In this document: positions 49,084 to 58,936 of the stretch, one piece after another
How positions within the stretch are numbered: position 1 is the stretch's first letter
Layout: each line of letters starts with the position of its first letter
NCBI GenBank assembly: GCA_964540825.1
Contig: CAZINT010000003.1
Span: 147,250-211,249 of the forward strand
Source of the DNA: an uncultured Gammaproteobacteria bacterium
GTDB taxonomy: Bacteria > Patescibacteriota > Patescibacteriia > Magasanikbacterales > GWA2-37-8
DNA: 64,000 bases
Direction of reading: 5' to 3'
Program-made: the position numbers and the translations under genes
Notes under the pieces: generated by a model
Told to the model about the DNA's origin: nothing
The model's database searches: none
What the model saw: only the letters and a program-made list of their open reading frames with translations

Positions 49084-49893
49084 TTACGAATTAAGCAAAG
49101 AAAAACGTAAATTATTAATTTTTTCTCGATGCTCTTCGGGCAAGGCTTCTTTCAAAAACTCTGAGTCCCCCAGCGAACTGGCATCTTTCTTTTTGAAACC
49201 CAATACTTTGAGCGTTCTATTAATTTCTTCCTCGCTCATCCCTTCGATCTCAATCAGCGGCCGTACATAGGGGGCTTGCCGTATCTCAACGACCGCCCCA
49301 TCTAAACTATATTTCGTGTTCTTTTTTTCTCTTACCGATTTACGCGTATATTTCAATGCGGTCAAAAAGGCTTCAATCGCCGGCCTGTTTGTCACGGTGA
49401 CCGGGATCTCTTCACGCTCGGCCAAATGCTTCTTTTTTTTAGTTTCCGTTTTTACCGTTAACGAGACACCGCCCTTTTCTTCTCTTAAGCGAACATTCCG
49501 CTTGGGAAGGGCAGCACTATCTTGAAAAGGTTCAACGGTGATGCGATCGCCATTAATGTGGCGGATGTTGAGCCCAAGCGTCATGAGCGCCTGAAAAAGA
49601 TGAACAATATTTTCATCGCTCCCCTCAAAATCATTCACCGACAGCGCCAGCGAAGCAGGAAGAGTCTCCTTATCCCCCGAGCGTTTATACCTTGAATCCA
49701 CCAAGAGCTGCTCGGGTGCAATAAGCTCGCCTCCCTGAGCGGTAATAGAAGCGCTAATTTCAGCAGGATTAATATTTAACACTTTTGTTTCCAGTTCTAC
49801 CGGGATTTTCTCTTCGCTAGCCCTGATCAAGAGTCGTTCCAGACGCCGAGTTACTTCTTGTTCAGGAGAAAAACTGCGTTCAAGGTGATCCAT
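49084..49893 (-). CDS. CYTH-domain protein with internal insertion
   Basis: ELETK (ExExK), RLR...LTVK, REE, EK, IEIEG motifs. Confidence 0.75.
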   Translation of the reverse strand: MDHLERSFSPEQEVTRRLERLLIRASEEKIPVELETKVLNINPAEISASITAQGGELIAPEQLLVDSRYKRSGDKETLPASLALSVNDFEGSDENIVHLFQALMTLGLNIRHINGDRITVEPFQDSAALPKRNVRLREEKGGVSLTVKTETKKKKHLAEREEIPVTVTNRPAIEAFLTALKYTRKSVREKKNTKYSLDGAVVEIRQAPYVRPLIEIEGMSEEEINRTLKVLGFKKKDASSLGDSEFLKEALPEEHREKINNLRFSLLNS

Positions 49894-49993
49894 AGTAAGG
49901 TAAAATAAAACTACCCTCAGCATACCATAAGTATTTTAAAAAATAAAAAACTCCGCTTCGTAACGGAGTTTTTTATTTTTAAGTAGTGCGGAA

Positions 49994-52075
49994 TTATTTC
50001 TGACTGCCGGCAATAATGGTGGCAGCAACATTGTTTGGAACTTCAGCGTAATGATCAAATTCCATACTGTAGCTAGCGCGGCCCTGCGTCATACTGCGAA
50101 GTGATGTGGCATAGCCGAACATACTCGCGAGGGGCACCATAGCTTTCACGACTTTCATCTGACCACGATCAACCATTTCCTGGATCTGACCACGCTTGGA
50201 GTTTAGGTCGCCAATTGAGTCACCCATGTATTGTTCCGGGGTAACCACTTCAACCTTCATGATTGGTTCTAAGATTACTGGGTTAGCTTTGCGGCAAGCT
50301 GCGAGGAATGCCATGGAACCAGCCAATTTGAACGCAACTTCCGACGAGTCAACTTCGTGGTACGATCCATCGTAACACGTTACTTTCATGTTCACGATGG
50401 GGTAGCCAGCCTGAATACCTTTGGTAAGCGTTTCTTTAATACCTTTTTGAATCGCTGGGATGAATTCACGTGGAATAGCACCGCCCTTAACTTCGTCAAC
50501 GAATTCAAAGTCGCCTTTGGTTGGGTCAGTTTGCGGTTCAACGCGGAGCCAGCAATGTCCATACTGACCTTTACCACCCGACTGTTTAACGTACTTGCCT
50601 TCAGCTTCGGCCGATGTACGAATCGTTTCTTTAAACGCTACCTGCGGAGCACCGACGTTTGCTTCTACCTTGAACTCGCGCTTCATGCGGTCAACGATAA
50701 TATCGAGGTGGAGTTCTCCCATACCCGAGATAATCGTCTGGAGGGTTTCTTGGTCAGTATGCACTTTGAAAGTCGGATCTTCTTCAGCAAGCTTAGCCAT
50801 CGCCATACCAATCTTTTCTTGGTCAGCTTTGGTTTTTGGCTCGATTGCCATCGAGATAACTGGTTCAGCGAACGTTGGCGGAATGAGAACGATCGGTTTG
50901 TTTTCATCGCAGAGTGTATCACCCGTGCGCACGTCCTTGAGACCGATCGCGGCAGCGATTTCACCTGCATAGACTTCATTCACATCTTCGCGGCTGTTGG
51001 CGTGCATACGAACGATGCGGCCCATGCGTTCTTTAGTTCCTTTACTCGAATTGTAAATATAGCTGCCGGCAGTTACGACACCAGAATAGACGCGGAAGAA
51101 AATAAGCTTACCGACAAAGGGGTCAGTGGCGACTTTGAAGGCCAAGGCTGAGAAAGCTTCGCTATCACTTGGTTTGCGAGTTTCTTCAGCTTCAGTATCG
51201 GGGTTAGTACCAATAATTTCTGGTACGTCAGTTGGCGCCGGGAGGTAGGCAACCACACCATCAAGCATGAACTGCACACCGATGTTCGCAAGCGCAGAAC
51301 CGCAGAGTACCGGGTACATTGTGCCTTTTAAGACGAGGGTGCGAATAGCAGTTTTGATTTCATCGATGGTGAGCGCTTCACCGTTGAGGTATTTACCCAT
51401 CAATGCGTCATTAGCTTCCGTACATTTTTCAACGAGCTCAGCGCGGTATTTAGCAACCTGTTCTTTCATGTCCTCGGGCATGGGGATCTCAATGATATTT
51501 TGACCCTTATCACCTTCAAATTTAAAAGCTTTTTCTTCAATAACATCAATCAAACCAGAAAAAGTGCTTTCTTGTCCGATCGGCAGCTGAATAGGATATG
51601 CTTCTTTAGAAAGACGTTCTTTAATGGAAGCAAGACTCATATAAAAGTCAGCACCGAGCTTGTCCATTTTGTTAAGAAAAGCAATACGCGGTACTTTGTA
51701 CTTGTCGGCCTGGTGCCAGACAGTTTCACTCTGAGGTTCAACACCCTGAGAGCTGTCAAATACAGCCACAGCGCCGTCAAGGACGCGCAGACTGCGCTCT
51801 ACCTCTACGGTAAAGTCTACGTGACCCGGGGTATCGATAATGTTAATGCGGTGTCCTTTCCAAAAACAGGTCGTAGCAGCGGAAGTAATAGTGATACCAC
51901 GTTCTTTTTCCTGTTCCATCCAGTCCATGGTGGCTTCACCTTCGTGCACTTCACCGATCTTGTGTTTTTTACCGGTGTAAAAAAGCACACGTTCGGTGGT
52001 GGTCGTTTTACCGGCATCAATGTGGGCCATGATACCGATATTACGCGTTTTTTCTAATGAATATTCACGAGGCAT
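49994..52075 (-). CDS. fusA: elongation factor G
   Basis: [45 protein letters not shown]. Confidence 0.99.
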   Translation of the reverse strand: MPREYSLEKTRNIGIMAHIDAGKTTTTERVLFYTGKKHKIGEVHEGEATMDWMEQEKERGITITSAATTCFWKGHRINIIDTPGHVDFTVEVERSLRVLDGAVAVFDSSQGVEPQSETVWHQADKYKVPRIAFLNKMDKLGADFYMSLASIKERLSKEAYPIQLPIGQESTFSGLIDVIEEKAFKFEGDKGQNIIEIPMPEDMKEQVAKYRAELVEKCTEANDALMGKYLNGEALTIDEIKTAIRTLVLKGTMYPVLCGSALANIGVQFMLDGVVAYLPAPTDVPEIIGTNPDTEAEETRKPSDSEAFSALAFKVATDPFVGKLIFFRVYSGVVTAGSYIYNSSKGTKERMGRIVRMHANSREDVNEVYAGEIAAAIGLKDVRTGDTLCDENKPIVLIPPTFAEPVISMAIEPKTKADQEKIGMAMAKLAEEDPTFKVHTDQETLQTIISGMGELHLDIIVDRMKREFKVEANVGAPQVAFKETIRTSAEAEGKYVKQSGGKGQYGHCWLRVEPQTDPTKGDFEFVDEVKGGAIPREFIPAIQKGIKETLTKGIQAGYPIVNMKVTCYDGSYHEVDSSEVAFKLAGSMAFLAACRKANPVILEPIMKVEVVTPEQYMGDSIGDLNSKRGQIQEMVDRGQMKVVKAMVPLASMFGYATSLRSMTQGRASYSMEFDHYAEVPNNVAATIIAGSQK

Positions 52076-52122
52076 AGAAGAAATTTAATGGATAAAAACC
52101 AAAACAAGCTTTGGTTTTTAGC

Positions 52123-52599
52123 TTAGTTGGTAAAGCGAGCAAAGTGAGCAAATGCTTTGTTGGCTTCGGCCATGCGGTGCATATCGTCGCGTTTTTTGAT
52201 CGCGTCGCCAAGTCCTTGCTGAGCATCGATAAGGATGGTGGCAAGTTTCTGGTGCATCGGCTGACCCTTTTTGCTCCGAGCGGCATCAATAATCCAACGG
52301 AAAGAGAGCGCTACCTGGCGTTCACCGCGAACGGGCATAGGGACCTGGTAGTTAGCACCGCCCACGCGGCGGGAGCGAACTTCCACCTGTGGTTGTACAT
52401 TCTTCATTGCTTCTTCGAAGACTTTCAACGGATCTTTCTTAGTCATTTCAGACACAACGTCGAGCGCACGGTACACCACGCCTTGAGCAGTAGTTTTCTT
52501 ACCGCCTTTCATAACGTGATTGATGAATTTAGCTAAGACAAGATTGCCGTATTTAGGATCAGGAAGGATATTTCGTTTTTTGACTGGTTTTCCACGCAT
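52123..52599 (-). CDS. rpsG: 30S ribosomal protein uS7
   Basis: RRVGGANYQVP, HRMAEANKAFAHF. Confidence 0.98.
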   Translation of the reverse strand: MRGKPVKKRNILPDPKYGNLVLAKFINHVMKGGKKTTAQGVVYRALDVVSEMTKKDPLKVFEEAMKNVQPQVEVRSRRVGGANYQVPMPVRGERQVALSFRWIIDAARSKKGQPMHQKLATILIDAQQGLGDAIKKRDDMHRMAEANKAFAHFARFTN

Positions 52600-52636
52600 A
52601 AGAGTATTTTAGTAGAAGGAATTTAGAAGAAGCGTT

Positions 52637-53068
52637 TTAGGCCTTTTTAGCAGCTTTCGGACGTTTGTTGCCATACAGACTGCGGCCACGACGACGGCTC
52701 GCTACTCCTTGAGTATCATAAATACCGCGTACGATATGGTAGCGGACACCTGGCAAGTCTTTGACACGGCCACCGCGGATAAGCACGATCGAGTGCTCCT
52801 GGAGGTTATGGCCTTCACCTGGAATATAGGCGATAACTTCAACGCCGTTACTCAAGCGAACTTTGGCGACTTTGCGCAAAGCTGAGTTAGGTTTTTTAGG
52901 AGTGGTGGTATAGACCTTGGTACAAACACCGCGTTTGAAGCTGGTGCCTTTGCGGAAATAAGTCACTTTGCGGTGGAGGTTATCTACCGTAAACTGGAGA
53001 GCCGGAGTTTTGGTCTTCCGTACTTTCGGGGTGCGGCCCTTGCGGATCATTTGGTTTGTTGTTGGCAT
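52637..53068 (-). CDS. rpsL: 30S ribosomal protein uS12
   Basis: [29 protein letters not shown]. Confidence 0.98.
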   Translation of the reverse strand: MPTTNQMIRKGRTPKVRKTKTPALQFTVDNLHRKVTYFRKGTSFKRGVCTKVYTTTPKKPNSALRKVAKVRLSNGVEVIAYIPGEGHNLQEHSIVLIRGGRVKDLPGVRYHIVRGIYDTQGVASRRRGRSLYGNKRPKAAKKA

Positions 53069-53300
53069 AGCGTAATTAGATGATTTCAGTCTGTAAACAG
53101 CGGGCAGTTCTAAGCCGCTCCTTGCGTACCGAAACCGATTGATAAATAAAAAAGCAACGTATTACTCCATCAGCCACGATTTTTGGTACGTTCTTGTGAC
53201 GAGAATACTACGTGAATTGCTCGTAGCTGTCAAGGGTTTCCCCTGCCATCAACCAGAGGCTGATCATTGGGAAGGGGGCCAGCTGTGGGAAGCTGACCGT

Positions 53301-53591
53301 TTAGGGCTCGGGCGGGGGCGGGACATAGCCAGCCTGGCCCGGCGGAGGCGGGACGATAGGCGGGTGCGTGATGCAGATGTTGCCCCAGATGGGGTGATGC
53401 CACGTCTGGCTGTGCCAGACTGGCGGCAATTGCCGGATGCCGCGACCAGCCATAAAGATCGAAAAAAAGAACACGGTGACCAACACGTATGCTGGCCAGG
53501 TCGGTGCAACGGGCGTTCGGCTTACGACCACACCCGTGGCATGCTCCAGTGCAACCGGCAGCGCTTCCGAGGCGGTTTCAGGAGTCGACAT
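53301..53591 (-). CDS. small GC-rich orphan single-TM protein with Pro-rich tail
   Basis: AAAGGAGG SD; TM WPAYVLVTVFFFSIFMAG. Confidence 0.6.
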   Translation of the reverse strand: MSTPETASEALPVALEHATGVVVSRTPVAPTWPAYVLVTVFFFSIFMAGRGIRQLPPVWHSQTWHHPIWGNICITHPPIVPPPPGQAGYVPPPPEP

Positions 53592-53706
53592 GATTTCCTC
53601 CTTTTATTCGACGTTATAATGCGGTTTGGAAAAGTATTTGTCAAAGAGGCCATTGACAACGACTCCGCAAGTACAGTAGCGTACGCGTACCGCACTGGAG
53701 GACACT

Positions 53707-54075
53707 ATGAACACCCTCGTCCAACGACTCTCTGGGAATCTCCGAAGCAAGAAAGACTATCCGCTCAATTTTCTAGGGCGACTGCTGCTGTTTCTGGAGC
53801 ACCATCCCGACGGTGACCACGGCGACCCGGAGTGGTTTGCAGCGATCGTCGAAAGCCTCTGGCGCTTCTCGTCCGGAGAGACCACCGGCCTCACGCAGTG
53901 GGCGCAGGAGACACTTCCCTCCTACGACGACATGCGACGCGACTGGCGAGCTCTGCACAACTACCTCAGCGCGTCCCGCCACCGGAACACGGCACCAAGG
54001 GACATCGTGGACGAGCTGCTGACCTGCGCTCGTACGGCCTGTCTGTCGCACAACGCCCGTCTGCTACTGCACTAA
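53707..54075 (+). CDS. GC-rich orphan helical protein
   Basis: GGAGG SD 5 nt before ATG; TTGACA at 53653; followed by a C-rich tract and terminator. Confidence 0.65.
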   Translation: MNTLVQRLSGNLRSKKDYPLNFLGRLLLFLEHHPDGDHGDPEWFAAIVESLWRFSSGETTGLTQWAQETLPSYDDMRRDWRALHNYLSASRHRNTAPRDIVDELLTCARTACLSHNARLLLH

Positions 54076-54834
54076 CAGACACTAACCCACCCTACCCTCT
54101 CCTCTCTCAACCCCTGCCCTTTCCTTGCTGCTTAATTTTATTAAGCCCCAAGGATAGCAGGGGTTTTGTTTTTATAATAAAAACGCTCTATCCCAGATAG
54201 GATAAAGCGCCCGGCACGGAACATTCTAAAGAAGAATGGTACATGAAGGTCGGCCCGCAGCGAAGAGCGCTGACGGGCGTAGGATGCAGAACAGAAGATG
54301 GAGAGTCCGTCTTTTATCCGCAGCAGAGCAGATAGAAAATCCCACCCAGGAGTACGGCGGCCTTGAGAACGGCCACCGAGGTCAGGTTGATCTGGATTTC
54401 CTTGGAGAAGATGATAAGCACGTGCGTGCCTCCTTGTTGAGCGTTGATCCCAAAACAGATAAAAAACCAATGTATCCGGAAGGTATAGACAGATTATCCT
54501 GTCCATACCATACATTTTTTCTCTGACTGTTTCAGGAACGTTGCGCGACTTTTTTCTCTTCTCATTATAATGAACGATGCTTCCTTATTTTTCACTATTT
54601 GAATTTCAGGAAGATCAGTATGATACCTGTTTTTTTTATTTTTGTCAACAGAATTTCTTTTACGCATATTATAAGATGGTTAATTTTGGCTAAAACAAAG
54701 CAACCGAGTCTTGACAAAACCTCTAAAATGCGCTAGGGTGTTTCGTTGTTCTTTACCTTGTTTTCTAGCTGAAAAGGCAGTTAAAAACTCTCTTTTCAGC
54801 TAGAAAACCACACTTTTTAGGGGGTACAACACCA

Positions 54835-55224
54835 ATGTTCAAGCAAAATATCGTCGAAACGTCCGCCAAGACCGCCATCTTCGCCTCGCTGGTGATTGGG
54901 GCGCTGATTGCCGCGGGCGGCCTCGCCACCCCGGAGTTCCAGCTGCTGGCTGGAGTCCAGCTCGTGAGCGCAGCGCTTCTCGCCTGCCTCAAGCTCAACC
55001 AGGCAAAACGCACCGAGCTGTACAGTTTCGATCTGTACGACCTCACGTGCACGATCGTGATCGGCTTTTTGACGCTCATGAACGTGCTGGCGGGCAGCAT
55101 TTTCGAAAGCTGCCTCATGCTGCCCTGCCTCGGCCTGGCCGCGGTCGGCTTGGGGCTCTACAGCTTCAGCTGGCTCCGCGAGCTGAAGCATCGCGAGCAC
55201 TTCGGCGCTGAGCGGCAAAGATAA
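54835..55224 (+). CDS. GC-rich orphan four-TM membrane protein
   Basis: AGGGGGT SD-like element; promoter TTGACA-17-TAGGGT at 54711; strong GC3 bias. Confidence 0.7.
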   Translation: MFKQNIVETSAKTAIFASLVIGALIAAGGLATPEFQLLAGVQLVSAALLACLKLNQAKRTELYSFDLYDLTCTIVIGFLTLMNVLAGSIFESCLMLPCLGLAAVGLGLYSFSWLRELKHREHFGAERQR

Positions 55225-55348
55225 CAAATACCGGACGCCTGGCACTCCGCCAGACGTCCGAGTCTTCATTCTGCAGATCACTTGCGTGGTAAACAGAAGA
55301 AAAAAAATAACCCCGATACTCGGGGTTATTTTTTATACGCATCAATAC

Positions 55349-57370
55349 TTATAAATCATCGATGCTACGCAGAAAACTTCCCGGCTTAATTTTAAATTCT
55401 TCATCTTCATCCACATACCGAATGTCGCTGGTCGGGTCATTAAGCACTGTTGTGTTCACTGACAAAAGCGCATGATCGTCGTAAAGTTCAGGATTTACCT
55501 CCTCAAGGAGCATGCTCGGGCCCGCTAAAAAATCTCCGTAACTCCCGCTTGCCAAGGGGTAGGTCAAAAATAATTTTTGTTTCGCGCGCGTGATTGCTAC
55601 GTAAAATAATCGGCGTTCTTCTTCGAGTCCATGCTCTTCCTGGAGCGACCGGTCGTTCGGGAAGGCGCCGCGGGCGAGATTCACAATAAAAACATATTCC
55701 CATTCCAAACCCTTGGCTTGGTGAATTGTGGACAGCACAATTTTGTCTTTGGGGTCTGTCGCCTGTACGGTTGTGCTGGTCGCCGCACTAAATGATTCTT
55801 GCAATGTTGTTTCCGACAAAAAGGTATTCAGGTCGTCATATTTTTCCGCAAATGATTTCAGCTCTTCAATATCTGCTAGTCGATCGCGACTATCAATATA
55901 TTCTGTTTCTAAGTACTCACGGTATGGAGATTTCAAAATTACTTCGACCATACTACTCGGATCTTTTTCGGACAAAGTATAGAGTCCGTTCCAGATGGTC
56001 ATAAAATTATTCCACCCCGCGAGCGCTTTGCTGCTAAGAATGCTTGCCCCCAGTCCTTCCAAATTATCGAGTGAATCAAGCTGACGAATCGCCACAATCA
56101 GTTTATCTGCTGCAGCGGGGCCAATACCATCTTCGCGCAAGAGTATGCGGAGCCACGCCGCCGTATCAACCGGGTTATCAATCACACGCAAATAGGCCAG
56201 GACGTCTTTGATATGCGCGCGTTCAAAAAACCGAAGGCCCCCACGGTATTCATACAAAATTCCCGACCGCGATAATTCCAATTCGAGTCGCTGGGAATGA
56301 TGCGAAGCGCGAAATAAAACAGCGATTTCATGGGCTGGTGTGCCGGCGTCAAGAAGTTCAGTTATTTTCTTCACAACAAAACTCGCTTCACTTCCCTGGT
56401 CAATCTGCGGCCGCAATTCTGGACGATCGCCTTCGTTTTTAATTGTACGAAGTTGTTTTTGATACTGCTTGGTATTATTTGCAATTACTTGATTCGCGAG
56501 TTCCAGAATCGGCGCGACCGATCGGTAATTGGTTTCAAGTTTAAAAATTTTTGCCTCTGGGTAGTCTTGTTCAAATTCCAAAATATTATTAATATCGGCC
56601 CCGCGAAATGAATAAATACTTTGCGCATCGTCGCCAACGACTAATAAATTTTTGTGCACTGATGCCAGACGATTAATGAGCGACGCCTGTAATTTATTGG
56701 TATCCTGGTATTCATCAACTAAAATATACTTAAATTGCTCGGCATATTTTTTGCGCACGTCGGGTTGATTCAAAAGCACAGCTGCATTATACAAAAGGTC
56801 GTCAAAATCCATGGCGTTCCCCGCTTTCTTTTTTTGTTCATATTCTCGCCCGACATTTTGAATATCTTCGGCGAGTGCTAGCCACGATGGATATTTAAGT
56901 TCCAACACTTCTTCCAAAGCCATTTCAGTATTTTTGGCGTAACTTAGAATCGACAAAAGCACACTGGCTGACGGAAACTTCTTACTCACTTGTTTTACAT
57001 TTTTAACACACGTTTTAATAATGGCGTGGCTATCATCGCTATCAAGCACGCTAAAATTATTTTTGTACCCCAAAAGAACCGCGTGAATTTTAAGCAGCCG
57101 ATACGCAATATGATGAAATGTACCCGACCACGGCAATTTTGTGCCCGTCAAAGATTCAAGACGTTCGTTCATTTCGCGCGCTGCTTTGTTGGTAAAGGTA
57201 ACCAAAAGAATTTGAGAAGGATTAATGCCTTGTTCCAAGAGGTACGCAACGCGATACGTAATCGTGCGCGTCTTGCCACTTCCCGCTCCGGCCAGCACTA
57301 AACACGGGCCGTCCCCGCCGCGAATAACGTCGAGCTGTTCACCGTTTAATTCACGATCAAAATTGATCAT
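55349..57370 (-). CDS. pcrA: UvrD/PcrA/Rep family SF1 DNA helicase
   Basis: AGAGSGKT, TFTNKAA, VDEYQDTN, VGDDAQSIY, LETNYRS, STIHQAKGLEW, EERRLFYVAITRA. Confidence 0.9.
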   Translation of the reverse strand: MINFDRELNGEQLDVIRGGDGPCLVLAGAGSGKTRTITYRVAYLLEQGINPSQILLVTFTNKAAREMNERLESLTGTKLPWSGTFHHIAYRLLKIHAVLLGYKNNFSVLDSDDSHAIIKTCVKNVKQVSKKFPSASVLLSILSYAKNTEMALEEVLELKYPSWLALAEDIQNVGREYEQKKKAGNAMDFDDLLYNAAVLLNQPDVRKKYAEQFKYILVDEYQDTNKLQASLINRLASVHKNLLVVGDDAQSIYSFRGADINNILEFEQDYPEAKIFKLETNYRSVAPILELANQVIANNTKQYQKQLRTIKNEGDRPELRPQIDQGSEASFVVKKITELLDAGTPAHEIAVLFRASHHSQRLELELSRSGILYEYRGGLRFFERAHIKDVLAYLRVIDNPVDTAAWLRILLREDGIGPAAADKLIVAIRQLDSLDNLEGLGASILSSKALAGWNNFMTIWNGLYTLSEKDPSSMVEVILKSPYREYLETEYIDSRDRLADIEELKSFAEKYDDLNTFLSETTLQESFSAATSTTVQATDPKDKIVLSTIHQAKGLEWEYVFIVNLARGAFPNDRSLQEEHGLEEERRLFYVAITRAKQKLFLTYPLASGSYGDFLAGPSMLLEEVNPELYDDHALLSVNTTVLNDPTSDIRYVDEDEEFKIKPGSFLRSIDDL

Positions 57371-57447
57371 ACTAAAAAAAATTCTATAGTTGTCATAACG
57401 TACCACGGCTTGCCAACCCGGGCAAGATAGCTTAGTATTGTGCTCGT

Positions 57448-58614
57448 ATGGAACAACCTTTTTTTCAAATTATCCATAAAGACACGGACAGCAAAGCGCG
57501 CACCGGCATCATGCACACCGACCACGGCGATATTGAAACGCCGATTTTTATGCCGGTTGGAACACAAGGTACGGTCAAAACACTTGACCAAACCGATTTA
57601 CATAACATCAACGCTCAAATTATTTTGGGAAACACCTATCACCTGCACCTTCGCCCGGGCGAAGGCGTCCTCGATGTTCAAGGTGGACTCCATAAATTTA
57701 TGAACTGGGACCGCCCCATTCTGACTGATAGCGGCGGATTTCAGGTTTTCAGTCTTGGTCTGCAAAAAGAAAAAAAGGCAGTGCAAGATCAAGGAAAATT
57801 AGTTTCAATCACTGACGACGGTGTCACATTTACTTCGCATATTGATGGGTCTAAACACGTCTTTACTCCCGAGAGTGCAATAAACATCCAACATCAAATT
57901 GGCGCCGATATCATCATGGCGTTTGACGAATGCACCCCCGATGATGCTACTCCCGAGTATGCCCGTAAAGCCCTCAACCGAACCCATGCCTGGGCCAAAC
58001 GCTGCATTGACGAGCATCAAAAAAATACCCGTCACCACGGCTACCGCCAATTTTTGTTCGGTATTATTCAAGGGGCGGTCCACCGGGACCTGCGCGAAGA
58101 ATCCGCCAAATTTATTGCCAGCCTCCCTTTTGACGGCATTGCGATTGGCGGGGAATCGATCGGCTACAACATGGCGGGAACGGCAGAAATTTTGGACTGG
58201 GTATTCCCGCTTATTCCCGAAAATAAACCGCACTACGCAATGGGGGTCGGACTGAATCCTTATGATCTTCTGGTCGCGGTTGAGCACGGCGTCGACATGT
58301 TTGATTGTGTTGCTCCCACCCGCCTGGCCCGCCACGGCATGCTTTATATCAAAGACACTGCTAAAAAACACCGGCTCAATATTAAAAACGGTTCGTTTGC
58401 AAACGACACTCAGCCCATTGACCCAGCATGCTCATGTTCCACGTGCCAGGGGTACACACGCAGCTACGTGCACCACCTCTTTGACGCCGACGAACTTACT
58501 GCGCTGCGCCTCGCGAGCATTCACAACCTCACGTTTTTACTCAATCTCATGACCGAAACCAGAGCAGCTATCAAAGAGAATCGTTTTCTCGAATTAAAAA
58601 AGAGCTGGGAATAA
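57448..58614 (+). CDS. tgt: tRNA-guanine transglycosylase
   Basis: TPIFMPVGT, NTYHL, TDSGGFQVFSL, DMFDCVAPTR, CxCxxC..H zinc site. Confidence 0.96.
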   Translation: MEQPFFQIIHKDTDSKARTGIMHTDHGDIETPIFMPVGTQGTVKTLDQTDLHNINAQIILGNTYHLHLRPGEGVLDVQGGLHKFMNWDRPILTDSGGFQVFSLGLQKEKKAVQDQGKLVSITDDGVTFTSHIDGSKHVFTPESAINIQHQIGADIIMAFDECTPDDATPEYARKALNRTHAWAKRCIDEHQKNTRHHGYRQFLFGIIQGAVHRDLREESAKFIASLPFDGIAIGGESIGYNMAGTAEILDWVFPLIPENKPHYAMGVGLNPYDLLVAVEHGVDMFDCVAPTRLARHGMLYIKDTAKKHRLNIKNGSFANDTQPIDPACSCSTCQGYTRSYVHHLFDADELTALRLASIHNLTFLLNLMTETRAAIKENRFLELKKSWE

Positions 58615-58636
58615 TCCAGCTCTTTTTTAAATTCTT

Positions 58637-58930
58637 TTACGGAGCGACCGAGCTGATATGCTCTTTAATTTTTGCAATGGCCACTTCATCATCTATCTCT
58701 CGTTCCTTAGCATCTATCTCTTGAATAAGCTTGTCGATCTCTTCGGTCCGCTCTAAATAATCTCCCGCCAGCGCGGCGTTAATTTTTAAGTATAAAAGAG
58801 CAAGTTCAGCTGCGGCAGCGGAACGCTCCTGTGGTGTAAGCGCTTCTTCAAGTGAATGGTTTAAAAGCGTCAAGGCTTCTTCCCATTTTTCTTGACCTAC
58901 GAGTCGAGCAACTTCAGCAGAAATATCCAT
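58637..58930 (-). CDS. hypothetical helical protein
   Basis: 97 aa ORF immediately downstream of 58937..60880 on the same strand. Confidence 0.65.
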   Translation of the reverse strand: MDISAEVARLVGQEKWEEALTLLNHSLEEALTPQERSAAAAELALLYLKINAALAGDYLERTEEIDKLIQEIDAKEREIDDEVAIAKIKEHISSVAP

Positions 58931-58936
58931 ACTTTA

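Noticed and set aside
54236-54526. 96 aa ORF between the orphan genes
   Set aside because: No clear SD, motif or codon signal, and a competing antisense ORF exists; cannot support either as a gene.
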